In this document: positions 1 to 8,871 of the stretch, one piece after another
How the letters are laid out: each line of letters opens with the position of its first letter
Position numbering within the stretch: the first letter of the stretch is position 1
NCBI GenBank assembly: GCA_964650355.1
Contig: CAZYTL010000008.1
Coordinates: 89 to 64,088, forward strand
Direction of reading: 5' to 3'
DNA length: 64,000 nt
DNA from: an uncultured Gammaproteobacteria bacterium
Lineage (GTDB): Bacteria > Patescibacteriota > Microgenomatia > CAYXHB01 > CAZYTL01
Position numbers and translations under genes: made by a program
The notes under the pieces: model-generated
What the model saw: the letters and a program-made list of their open reading frames with translations, nothing else
Told to the model about the DNA's origin: nothing
Database searches by the model: none

Positions 1-170
1 GGAATTCAAGCCTGAACAAACTGGAAAAGACAATCAAAGAGTAATTTCTTCAAACTTGGCCTTAGATTAAGAGATTCGCTTGGCAACTATCCTGCGTTAA
101 TCGAAGGATTTAACCCAGGCTTTTTGGATTTTTGGATTTGGACTGGAAGGAGGTAACTATTCTCTATTAT

Positions 171-199
171 TCTGACTTAATCCGAACTTAAGGTATAAT
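171..199 (+). promoter_or_regulatory. sigma70-type promoter of the retron locus
   Basis: Perfect -10 TATAAT at 194-199, weak -35 (TCTGAC/CTGACT) about 16-17 bp upstream; predicted start ~205-207 coincides with the first inverted-repeat arm. Confidence 0.65.
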
Positions 200-206
200 A
201 ACAGTA

Positions 207-356
207 GAGAGCTGTGACAATCGGTATTTGCTGTTGATTTCACGGCAACTAATTGGATTCTTGACTTTACGCCTAACATAAATAACTTTGTTAGGTATTT
301 AAGTATATAGTTTTTGATTGTTCACTTAGGAAAAGTAGCTTTTAGTCACAGCTCTC
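207..356 (+). ncRNA. retron msr-msd ncRNA
   Basis: Perfect 12-bp inverted repeat GAGAGCTGTGAC (207-218) / GTCACAGCTCTC (345-356) enclosing hairpins TTGCTGT/ACGGCAA (228-248), CCTAACA/TGTTAGG (272-295) and AAAAG/CTTTT (331-343), directly upstream of a retron RT. Confidence 0.85.
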
Positions 357-370
357 CCTTAAGGGGAATC

Positions 371-1909
371 ATGGATACAATAATACAGAGAAATGATGAA
401 GAACTAGAGAATCTCTTTAGATCCTTAAGCAACAATGATGATATTGCTAACTTGCTTGAGGTAAGCAAAGGAACGTTAATTTACTATGTATACAGACTGA
501 ACAAAAGGCTACAGTACAAAACATATCAAGTTGCTAAACGCAATGGTTCTACCCGGACAATCAGTGCGCCTACGTCCAATATCAAGATATTACAACAGAA
601 ATTTAATTATATTTTTCAGTTAGTATATTCACCGAGAGAATGTGCTTTTGCCTATTCTATGGGTAGGAATGTTATACAAAACGCAAGAGTGCACAAACAG
701 TCACGTGTTCTTCTCAAAATTGACCTTAAAAATTTCTTCGAACAAATACACTTTGGAAGAGTCAGAGGATTCTTTATGTCTGAATACCCCTTTGGTTTTG
801 GAGATAAAGTCGCAACAACACTCGCCAACATTTGCACTTTTGAAGGAAAATTACCCCAGGGAGCACCGACCTCTCCCATCATTTCCAATATGATTTGTTG
901 GGGTTTAGATAGAGATCTCCAGCGTCTGTGTAGAAAACTAAAATGCAAGTACACAAGATATGCTGATGACATAATTATCTCAACAAAGCAGAACGAACTG
1001 CCCCTTGATATCGCAATTAATAATAATGGTGTATGCACAATTGGAGAAAAACTTACTTTCTACTTTGAAAAGCACGATTTTGCGTTAAATTTTGATAAGG
1101 TAAAGATGATCAGATCTAATAAAAGACAGTTAGTAACAGGTTTAGTAACAAACGAAATCGTGAATGTCCCCAGAAAATACATCCATGAATTAAGACTTCA
1201 AATGCGAATATGGGAAAAATACGGTTATAAAGAACTGAGTCAATGTGTCCCAAATCGTACTCATAAAAACCCTAAAAAGCGCATAAAGAACTATAAATGG
1301 ACAATCCAGGGAAGATTGAACTATTTGAAACAAGTGAAAGTTGAGAGTGTTTTAGAAGGGCGGCATTATGATATCTATTTAAAGTTGCAACGTTGGTTTG
1401 ACTATCTAATATTGCGCGACAAATTTAATAGTTTAAAAAGTAGTTCTGCTTATCAAGCTAGAGGCTATGCATTAGAGGATATCTTAAACAAATTATTCGT
1501 CATTAATGGCATTAAAGCAAAAAATCCATTTCGTAGGAGGAAAGGTGCAGATCAAATCGATGGTGCGTTTGTATTAGAAAAAAACAAACACTTTTTAATT
1601 GAGTGTAAATGGATAAAAGATACCGACAAAATTAATAAAGAAATTGATGCTTTTGCCAAAAAACTAGATAGATCCGGAGATGAAATTAGTGGTTTATTCA
1701 TCTCGATAGCAGGGTGGAACGAAAATGCTGTACATAATCTTAAAGAAAGCAAAACTAAAAATATTTTACTGTTAGATGGTAAAGATCTAGAAATAGTACT
1801 AACAAATAGAAAAGTAAGCTTAGATGATTTATTTGCCTGGATGCTAGAAAACTTATCTTTTAAAGCTGAACCTCATATACCAGTTAAAGAATTTTTAAAA
1901 ACCTTTTGA
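371..1909 (+). CDS. retron reverse transcriptase fused to C-terminal Mrr-like restriction endonuclease domain
   Basis: RT motifs IDLKNFF, LPQGAPTSP, YTRYADD; retron signatures NARVH (region X) and VTG (region Y); C-terminal RGYALE..QIDG..IECKW..GLFISIAGW PD-(D/E)XK pattern; ATG 371 follows AAGGGG, whereas the track's TTG 314 lies inside the ncRNA. Confidence 0.9.
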   Translation: MDTIIQRNDEELENLFRSLSNNDDIANLLEVSKGTLIYYVYRLNKRLQYKTYQVAKRNGSTRTISAPTSNIKILQQKFNYIFQLVYSPRECAFAYSMGRNVIQNARVHKQSRVLLKIDLKNFFEQIHFGRVRGFFMSEYPFGFGDKVATTLANICTFEGKLPQGAPTSPIISNMICWGLDRDLQRLCRKLKCKYTRYADDIIISTKQNELPLDIAINNNGVCTIGEKLTFYFEKHDFALNFDKVKMIRSNKRQLVTGLVTNEIVNVPRKYIHELRLQMRIWEKYGYKELSQCVPNRTHKNPKKRIKNYKWTIQGRLNYLKQVKVESVLEGRHYDIYLKLQRWFDYLILRDKFNSLKSSSAYQARGYALEDILNKLFVINGIKAKNPFRRRKGADQIDGAFVLEKNKHFLIECKWIKDTDKINKEIDAFAKKLDRSGDEISGLFISIAGWNENAVHNLKESKTKNILLLDGKDLEIVLTNRKVSLDDLFAWMLENLSFKAEPHIPVKEFLKTF

Positions 1910-2040
1910 AGAATGTTTGATTGTGAAGGAGGATAATTCAAGTGTGAGTGTCAAGATTAGTATGTGAAGGGCAAGATTTTTCACCATTGAGGTTTTTAAG
2001 GTAACCCGACAGTATGAGATTGAATGTAATATTTATTCGT

Positions 2041-2275
2041 TATGTTTATTTAGGTAAACAGCATGGAAGCTATAAAATCGGTGAATCGAAAAACCCAAGT
2101 CGACGTAGAGAAGATAACACTTTTAGGGCCAGAGCCTTTTAAGTTAATCCATGAGATTAAAACAGATGTTATGAATGGAGTTGAGAAGTACTGGCATGAG
2201 AGGTTTAAATCAAAACACAAAAGAGGTGAATGGTTTAATTTATCTAGCACCGACGTTAAGAGTTTTAAGAGGTAG
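2041..2275 (+). pseudogene. GIY-YIG / T5orf172-like nuclease remnant, frameshifted
   Basis: One frame reads YVYLGKQHGSYKIGESKNPSRRRED and another continues ITLLGPEPFKLIHEIKTD..EKYWHERFKSK..RGEWFNL; frameshift near 2112-2118 and no intact start. Confidence 0.75.
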
Positions 2276-2347
2276 AAACAACCGTTTGGTAGCTGGGTCT
2301 GCCAATTTAAATAGCTTTTTTATCAGACTGAAGGTATTATTACTAAT

Positions 2348-3154
2348 ATGGGCCGAAGGAGTAGTAAGGCAAAAAAAGTTCTCTTTGTTGGGGCAATGGA
2401 AACAGAACTCCGTCCCTTATTGAAAAGTTTGAAGGCAACAGAAAGCAAGAAACTTATTAACATTTACCCTCTTTATAAAGCACGACACCAAACGGCGGAT
2501 ATATTTGTAGTGGAAACATTTGTAGGAGAAGCTAATGCATCAATCGCGGGTTTTGAAGCGATAAGAGAAGTAAATCCTGATTATGTAATCAAATTTGGAG
2601 CAGTTGGGGGAAGTTATCCTGAAAGCAAAGCCAGGGAGATTATCATTCCACTTGGTTTTTTCCATAGAACAGGATGGATTACTAAAGATCAAAAAACTCA
2701 TATACCAACGGCAGATGCTTCTAAATGGGACTCCATTTACGGTGAAAAAGATTACCAAATTCAAGAAAGTAGACACAATTTAGGCGGCATGTCATATTAT
2801 TTTTCAGTTCCCGAACGTTTACAAAGATTTTGTGAGAATACTCTTCGTAAACATAAGATGAAATACGTTACCGCTTATGTGGGGGGCGGTGATATGTGGA
2901 TGACCAATCAACAGGTGTTAAATAATGTTGCGGCAACGATGCTGCCCGCTTCAGCTACACACAGGCGATTTGTATCTGATATGGAGTCATACTCACTTGC
3001 TCATGCCTGTTACCTGACAAAGAAGCCATTTATCGGATGCTATGTGGTAGCAAGTAACGACTACATTAACGAGCTCTACAACCCGGAACTGGTACCGGCT
3101 CAAATGGAGCGGTTGGTGCCATACGCTCTTGAACTCATAAAGACTTTCGGTTAA
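2348..3154 (+). CDS. MTA/SAH nucleosidase family (PNP_UDP_1) protein
   Basis: FVGAMETE, VGEANAS, KFGAVGG, SDMESYSLA and SND motifs. Confidence 0.8.
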   Translation: MGRRSSKAKKVLFVGAMETELRPLLKSLKATESKKLINIYPLYKARHQTADIFVVETFVGEANASIAGFEAIREVNPDYVIKFGAVGGSYPESKAREIIIPLGFFHRTGWITKDQKTHIPTADASKWDSIYGEKDYQIQESRHNLGGMSYYFSVPERLQRFCENTLRKHKMKYVTAYVGGGDMWMTNQQVLNNVAATMLPASATHRRFVSDMESYSLAHACYLTKKPFIGCYVVASNDYINELYNPELVPAQMERLVPYALELIKTFG

Positions 3155-3206
3155 TAGCGCTTTTAATGAAGGGCTTAGTGAAAATGGCAAAATCAAGATT
3201 CTCTCT

Positions 3207-3986
3207 TTAAACCTTCACTGCATGGATGACCAGGCCAATGGGGCGATCAATGTATTTAGTAAACCCGGGATTGTATTGCAATAACTCTTTATTTAATTCA
3301 GGTTCGTATAAGGCTTTAACGTTATAGCCGCCTCTCACTACCGCATTAAAGTAATCTTCTATTGTCCACTGTTTTTGGTTGACAGCGAAATTTTTCTCAA
3401 CTTTAACGGCTTGGGCAGGTTTGGTCACACTGACGGTGCCCATGAGATACTTAGAGTCGTTGTGGCTGAAGTAACCCCCTAAGTTGATAAATTTACCGCT
3501 GTCTACACCGGCAGTTTGTTGAGCATAAAAATACAACAAATAAGCGGGGTGAAGCACGGAGAAAATTAATTGACCTTGGGTTTTCAACACTCGATGACTT
3601 TCTTGAAGGGGAATATCAATCACCGCCACCTCATTGAGTACCATATTGGAATAGATCAGATCAACTGTCTTTGATTTAAGTGGCCATTTCTTAGTGATAT
3701 CGTGCTGCAAAAATTTAACTCTGGGATCCGATGTTTTTTCTTTGGCGTGCTCCAAATTAGCCGCTGAGATGTCCATCAGCCAAACAGTGGTGGGGTTTTG
3801 CTTTAAAAAGAGGTTTGCCATATATCCATTGCCACAACCCATTTCCATGACCACTTTTTTCTTTAGTGAGCCGACTTTTTCTAGCATCAGCGGATCCAAA
3901 ACATATCTCTTGTAATCTTCGCCTTCATCACCTACTCGACTGTTCCAAAAATCTGAAAACTCCTGGTCTTGATAGATGGACTTCAT
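3207..3986 (-). CDS. class I SAM-dependent methyltransferase
   Basis: EMGCGNG motif I, MDIS, DLIYSNMVL; ATG 3986 preceded by a TATATT -10 box. Confidence 0.85.
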   Translation of the reverse strand: MKSIYQDQEFSDFWNSRVGDEGEDYKRYVLDPLMLEKVGSLKKKVVMEMGCGNGYMANLFLKQNPTTVWLMDISAANLEHAKEKTSDPRVKFLQHDITKKWPLKSKTVDLIYSNMVLNEVAVIDIPLQESHRVLKTQGQLIFSVLHPAYLLYFYAQQTAGVDSGKFINLGGYFSHNDSKYLMGTVSVTKPAQAVKVEKNFAVNQKQWTIEDYFNAVVRGGYNVKALYEPELNKELLQYNPGFTKYIDRPIGLVIHAVKV

Positions 3987-4079
3987 GATGTAAATATACC
4001 AATAACTATCAAAAGTTTGTATACTTAAACAGGTATTATAGGTATTTCTAATTTGCGAACAAAGCAGTGTAAAACTCTT

Positions 4080-4529
4080 ATGAAAACCAGACATCGGACC
4101 ATCGTTTCCGCTTTAATTATCTCAAAAGACAGGAAAGTTCTATTGGGAAAAGAAGAAGAGGGAGGCGTATATCCGGACTGTTGGCACTTACCCGGCGGGG
4201 GACTGGATGCAGGGGAAACTAAACAGGAGGGGTTACGGAGGGAAATTAAAGAGGAAACGGGTATGGATATCACAGGTTTACCCACGAAGTTATTGTCAGA
4301 CAAGGATACGGGAGAACATGTCAAGACTGATAATAAAACCGGCGAAACTTATCTGGCAAAAATGCAGTTTAATGATTATCAAGTCGAATTGGATAAAAAC
4401 GCTGATGAGGTAAAGATAACTTTAGGTGACGATTTGGTGGAATATCGCTGGGTGTCGATTGGTGACCTGAAAAATTACCACCTGACTCCCCCATCTCAGA
4501 AATTATTTACTTCGCTGGGATGGATTTGA
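4080..4529 (+). CDS. NUDIX hydrolase
   Basis: Nudix box GGGLDAGETKQEGLRREIKEETG. Confidence 0.9.
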   Translation: MKTRHRTIVSALIISKDRKVLLGKEEEGGVYPDCWHLPGGGLDAGETKQEGLRREIKEETGMDITGLPTKLLSDKDTGEHVKTDNKTGETYLAKMQFNDYQVELDKNADEVKITLGDDLVEYRWVSIGDLKNYHLTPPSQKLFTSLGWI

Positions 4530-4606
4530 AAGTTTCATTCTGCGGCAAAGGGGAAATTGACTTTTGAGGTCGCTTTTGGAGTACTCGGGTTGTACAATTA
4601 GGCCTG

Positions 4607-5107
4607 ATGACCAATGTAACCATCAGAAAACCGAATCTTAAAGATCTGCCGGCTTTAATTGTCTTGTGGCACGGCCAGTACGATTATCATCACGATATTG
4701 ACTCGACTTATTACGTACCCAATTCAAAAGAACTGGATCAAAAATTCAGAAAGTATCTTAAAAAGGCAATTTTAAAAAACGGCCCCTATATTTTGCTGGC
4801 TGAAGTGGATAATGAACCGGTGGGTTTTGTTACCTATGAGAAATCACATGTTGATTATTTTGATACCAAAATCGTGGAGTATGGCGACATTATAGAGCTT
4901 TACGTGCGCCCCGAATACAGAAAACAGGGGATTGGCAAGCAGTTAATGGAAGAGGTGGAGAGGTTTTTTAGAGACAAGGGGATCGAATACCTGAGCCTGG
5001 GGTGCTCTACTTTCAACAAAGACGCGTTGGATTTTTATGAAAATTTCGGGTTTGTTAATAGACAGTCACTGCTTTACAAAAGCCTTCAACATGAGAAAAG
5101 CGACTAA
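4607..5107 (+). CDS. GNAT N-acetyltransferase
   Basis: LYVRPEYRKQGIGKQL and NKDALDFYENFGF motifs. Confidence 0.9.
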   Translation: MTNVTIRKPNLKDLPALIVLWHGQYDYHHDIDSTYYVPNSKELDQKFRKYLKKAILKNGPYILLAEVDNEPVGFVTYEKSHVDYFDTKIVEYGDIIELYVRPEYRKQGIGKQLMEEVERFFRDKGIEYLSLGCSTFNKDALDFYENFGFVNRQSLLYKSLQHEKSD

Positions 5108-5654
5108 TTTAGAAACTTATTTTGAACCATATATTTCGATTTGCAGGCCTGGTGATTGGGAACATGCCAAAAGGGTAGTTGCTTGGATCAAACAACTTGC
5201 TTCTGATCGGGAAGATTTAGATTTGCTAATCATTGCCGGATATATACATGATATTGGCTGGAGTGGATTAGCTCCCAAGACCAAAAGGCTGACTCGAGAT
5301 GAGTTACTAAAGCTCCAACCTCAAGCTGATAAACAAACGGATAAGCTAGTAAAGAAGGCCTTGGCCAGTTGGGCATTGACCGATGGTGAGCTGAATAAAA
5401 TTTTAAGACTTATTAAGGCCACAGAAACTTATGAAGCAAAACAAGAAGATGAGATGATTTTGGTTGATGCAGACAATTTAAGTAAAACATCACCCGACCA
5501 TATCAAAGAAAAATACGCCAGATCAGATTGGTTAAGTCTTTGTGAGCTTTTCGAAGAAAAATTACCGCAAAGAATTAAGACCACCAAAGGAAAACAACTA
5601 TTCCCTGCCAAACTAAAACAACTAAGAAATCAACTGGAAATGGAGCTAGCTTAA
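5091..5654 (+). CDS. HD-domain phosphohydrolase
   Basis: EHAKRV, IHDIG, LVDAD; overlaps the GNAT stop codon. Confidence 0.8.
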   Translation: MRKATNLETYFEPYISICRPGDWEHAKRVVAWIKQLASDREDLDLLIIAGYIHDIGWSGLAPKTKRLTRDELLKLQPQADKQTDKLVKKALASWALTDGELNKILRLIKATETYEAKQEDEMILVDADNLSKTSPDHIKEKYARSDWLSLCELFEEKLPQRIKTTKGKQLFPAKLKQLRNQLEMELA

Positions 5655-5752
5655 AGTTCGAATTTAAAAAAGTTTTTCCTATCAAGAATGTTCTTTGAGG
5701 AATCAGAGTAGTAAAATTAGTTCAGGGGTGGAAATTTACCAAACAGAGTAAA

Positions 5753-6535
5753 ATGCAGAGGAAGGTATTCATCACCAACAGGAAAGGGTTAAAATTGGCT
5801 ACGGTGGTTGAGGCTCCGAATGATGATGAGAAGTTGCCATGCGTGATACTGCTTCACGGATTTAAAGGATATAAGGAAGAAGAAACCTACACTGATTTGG
5901 CAGAAAGACTAGTTAAAAAGGGTATCTCCTCTGTTCGGTTTGATGCTTCAGGATTCGGAGAAAGCGAAGGAACTTTAGAAGAGGATTACCGATTTTCAAA
6001 CTATATAAATGATACAGAAGATGCCTATGAGTGGTTAAAACAACAGGCCTTTTGTGATCCAGACAGGATTGGGGTGTGCGGACAGAGTATGGGCGCTGTC
6101 CAAACTATTCTTTTTGCTTCTCAACATCCCGAAATCAAGGCAGCCTGCGCTATTTCTCCTCTGAATAAAGTCGGGACCAAAGATGCCCTGGGGCAAGTCG
6201 TGGGCGCATGGAAACAGAAAGGATATTTGGATGAAGTAAGTTCAAAATACGGCAAGATTAGAATTCCTTATGCCTATTTGGAAGACGTTCAGCAGTATGA
6301 TTTTGTTAAGCTGGTTAAAAACGTCAAATGTCCATTATTAATTGTGGCAGGAAAAAAGGATATCACTGTACTTCCCGAGCAAACTATGGCAGTCTATAAG
6401 GCGGCCCATCAGCCTAAGCAGTTACTGGAATTCGATAACATGGACCACTTTTATAAGAGAAACCCCAAGGTATTAGCGGGGATAGACGAAAAAGTTGTTG
6501 CTTTCTTGATGGAAAATTTACAAAGCACTTTGTAA
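5753..6535 (+). CDS. alpha/beta-fold hydrolase
   Basis: LLHGF, nucleophile GQSMG, Asp in KDITV, His in MDHF. Confidence 0.9.
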   Translation: MQRKVFITNRKGLKLATVVEAPNDDEKLPCVILLHGFKGYKEEETYTDLAERLVKKGISSVRFDASGFGESEGTLEEDYRFSNYINDTEDAYEWLKQQAFCDPDRIGVCGQSMGAVQTILFASQHPEIKAACAISPLNKVGTKDALGQVVGAWKQKGYLDEVSSKYGKIRIPYAYLEDVQQYDFVKLVKNVKCPLLIVAGKKDITVLPEQTMAVYKAAHQPKQLLEFDNMDHFYKRNPKVLAGIDEKVVAFLMENLQSTL

Positions 6536-6537
6536 AA

Positions 6538-7404
6538 ATGGACGCCTTTGAGATAAAAGAAATTCAGGCAAAAAGCATTCTTAGTCCTTCAACACTAAAA
6601 GATGTGGACTATGATTACTCTTGTAATCCTTATGTGGGATGCCGTTTCGGGTGTGTATATTGTTATGCCAGCTTTATGGGAAGGATGGTGGGGAAAAAGA
6701 CCAGCGATTGGGGAAATTTTGTCTATGCAAAAATGAATGCTCCTGACCTGTTAAGAAAAGAAGTCCCGAAACTTAAAAATCATGGTCGGGGGAAGGTAAT
6801 TTGGTTTAGCTCCGTAACTGATCCCTATCAGGGTTTAGAGGCTAAATATCAGCTGACACGTAAATGTTTACAGGTGTTGGTTGAGGACAATTTCCAAGGG
6901 GAGGTGTCTTTTCTCACCAAGTCAGACCTGGTGCTCAGAGATATTGATGTTTTAAAGCAACTTAAAAACGTGGAAGTGGGATTGACTGTCACGTCAACCG
7001 ATGACTCCATCTCCCGATATTTTGAGAAATACGCTCCTCCGGTTTCTGCCAGACTAAAGGCGCTTAAAAAGTTGCATCAGGAAAAAATTAAAACTTATGC
7101 CTTTGTGGGCCCACTTTTACCACACTTTATGGCCAACAAGGATGAACTCGACAAACTTTTTGTTTCAATTCATGAGGCAGGAGTGAGAGAAATATATTTT
7201 GAATTTTTAAATTTATCTACTTATATCCGTAATCGGCTGAAAAATGAGCTTAAGGACCTGGATATAAACATCTGGAATGAGTTTTACGCGACCAAAGATA
7301 ATGATTATCGAGACAGGTTTAGCGACCTCGTTTATGGTCTGGTTAAAAAATTCGGATTTAAACTGCGATTGGAAAAGACTTTATATCATGACGAGATGAA
7401 TTAA
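6538..7404 (+). CDS. radical SAM protein, SPL-like (Rv2578c-type) family
   Basis: NPYVGCRFGCVYCYA (CxxxCxxC), SSVTDPYQ, LTKS..RDID. Confidence 0.85.
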   Translation: MDAFEIKEIQAKSILSPSTLKDVDYDYSCNPYVGCRFGCVYCYASFMGRMVGKKTSDWGNFVYAKMNAPDLLRKEVPKLKNHGRGKVIWFSSVTDPYQGLEAKYQLTRKCLQVLVEDNFQGEVSFLTKSDLVLRDIDVLKQLKNVEVGLTVTSTDDSISRYFEKYAPPVSARLKALKKLHQEKIKTYAFVGPLLPHFMANKDELDKLFVSIHEAGVREIYFEFLNLSTYIRNRLKNELKDLDINIWNEFYATKDNDYRDRFSDLVYGLVKKFGFKLRLEKTLYHDEMN

Positions 7405-7604
7405 CAATTCACATTGGCATACAGCATTGAAGTAAGAGTTTTTATTAATTGGAGGTTATAAACTAGTTCAAATGTCAGACATGCTAAAATATGAGAAAGA
7501 TGCTATCTTAACGTTAAGAAGTTTGACCTGGATATAGTCGTCAGCACAAGTCTCTAGCTCAGAATAACCAATGTTGACTCTAAAATTACAAATAACTTTG
7601 TCAC

Positions 7605-8318
7605 ATGGCTGAAGAATTTAGTGAACTTCCGGTAGAGCAACTAGAGTCGTATCTGTTGTCAAAAGATGTTCTGTGGAAATTGCAATTTGCCATTGGAGAC
7701 GCTGCTAAAGACTTCGGCTTAGGTAAAGAAGGTCATGAAATCGAACTGGCACGAGCGGCGAGTAAATTTCCAAACTTGAATACTGATTTTTTCTTTGAGA
7801 CTAGAGGTAATATGGAAGGCTTTAATTATGATCTTAGAACCCATTCTCACTTGGAAAGACTTCTAGATCCGAAAAGGTCAAAGCCGGAAAATTACTTTGG
7901 TTTGCTGTTTGCCCATTATGGAATTGAAGCCGGTAAGCGCCAATATCCGGCCGTTGCGAGTAAAGAGACACCAAGTACGCCCTTCTTTTGGTCGATAGCT
8001 CCTTATTTAGCTCAGGAATTACACTACTATGGTGTCCCTCCGCGGCAAATTGCTGAAACCGTTTTCGCCTGGGGAAACACCGCTGGTAGTAGAGGCCAGA
8101 AACAGTTGCTCGGTATGGATAAATTTTATGGGCTTGATGCTTTTTATAGCATGGAGCTAATCCTGTCAGAAGATCCTGATAACCTTACCCACAAATTCTC
8201 AAGCGGAGTGGCGCAATTACTTTGTCGAAAACACGACATGTTCAAGGATGCAATCAAGGAAGCAAACCCCATGGCGGTCAGAGATACAAACAGAGAATAC
8301 CAGTTCACAGAGGATTAA
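7605..8318 (+). CDS. hypothetical protein
   Basis: 237-aa ORF with ATG start and no recognisable motif. Confidence 0.6.
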   Translation: MAEEFSELPVEQLESYLLSKDVLWKLQFAIGDAAKDFGLGKEGHEIELARAASKFPNLNTDFFFETRGNMEGFNYDLRTHSHLERLLDPKRSKPENYFGLLFAHYGIEAGKRQYPAVASKETPSTPFFWSIAPYLAQELHYYGVPPRQIAETVFAWGNTAGSRGQKQLLGMDKFYGLDAFYSMELILSEDPDNLTHKFSSGVAQLLCRKHDMFKDAIKEANPMAVRDTNREYQFTED

Positions 8319-8376
8319 CTCGGATACCTCGTTTGACTTACCCACTAACCAGATAATAGTCCCAAAATTAATCGTA

Positions 8377-8865
8377 ATGACACACAATAAATTACTTCAT
8401 GAAGTGGTGATCACGGCCATTGTGGTTAAGAATGGCAAGTACTTAATTACCAAGCGGTCTGCAAATGAAAACCGCTTTCCTAACAAATGGACGGTACCGG
8501 GAGGCAAACTGGAAATCGAAGATTATGTGAACCTGCCAAAAGACACAGAGTTTTACTGGTATAACGTTTTGGAGCAAGTCTTGCGCAGGGAAGTGAAAGA
8601 AGAAGTGGGGATTGAAATTGCCAACATTGAGTATGTGACCAGTTTGGCCACGATTCACGCTGACGGCAAGCCGTCTCTGGTGGTTTCCTGCATGGCGGAT
8701 TATCAGTCCGGAGAAGTGACACTGCAAGAAGAGGAGATGGATGATTTTGCTTGGGTGACTTTGAAAGAAGCCAAAGATTATGATCTGATCGATGGGATTT
8801 ACGATGAACTGGTCATGGCGGAAAAGAAAGCCAAAGGAGAAAAGAGTGAGTGGAAAAGGGCATGA
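8377..8865 (+). CDS. NUDIX hydrolase
   Basis: WTVPGGKLE ... LRREVKEEVG (Nudix box with an insertion). Confidence 0.88.
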   Translation: MTHNKLLHEVVITAIVVKNGKYLITKRSANENRFPNKWTVPGGKLEIEDYVNLPKDTEFYWYNVLEQVLRREVKEEVGIEIANIEYVTSLATIHADGKPSLVVSCMADYQSGEVTLQEEEMDDFAWVTLKEAKDYDLIDGIYDELVMAEKKAKGEKSEWKRA

Positions 8866-8871
8866 AGCCGA

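Noticed and set aside
1-70. 3' end of an upstream gene
   Set aside because: Too short to assign a frame or function
314-370. TTG start of the 531-aa RT ORF
   Set aside because: It lies inside the ncRNA inverted-repeat region; ATG 371 has an RBS and fits better
371-1909. RT as group II intron, DGR, CRISPR-associated or Abi RT
   Set aside because: NAxxH, VTG and the a1/a2 ncRNA indicate a retron; no intron domain V, TR/VR repeat pair, avd, cas1 or array was seen
2348-3154. Nucleosidase as the retron effector
   Set aside because: It is separated by a pseudogene, has its own -10 box, looks like a stand-alone MtnN-type enzyme, and the RT already carries an effector domain
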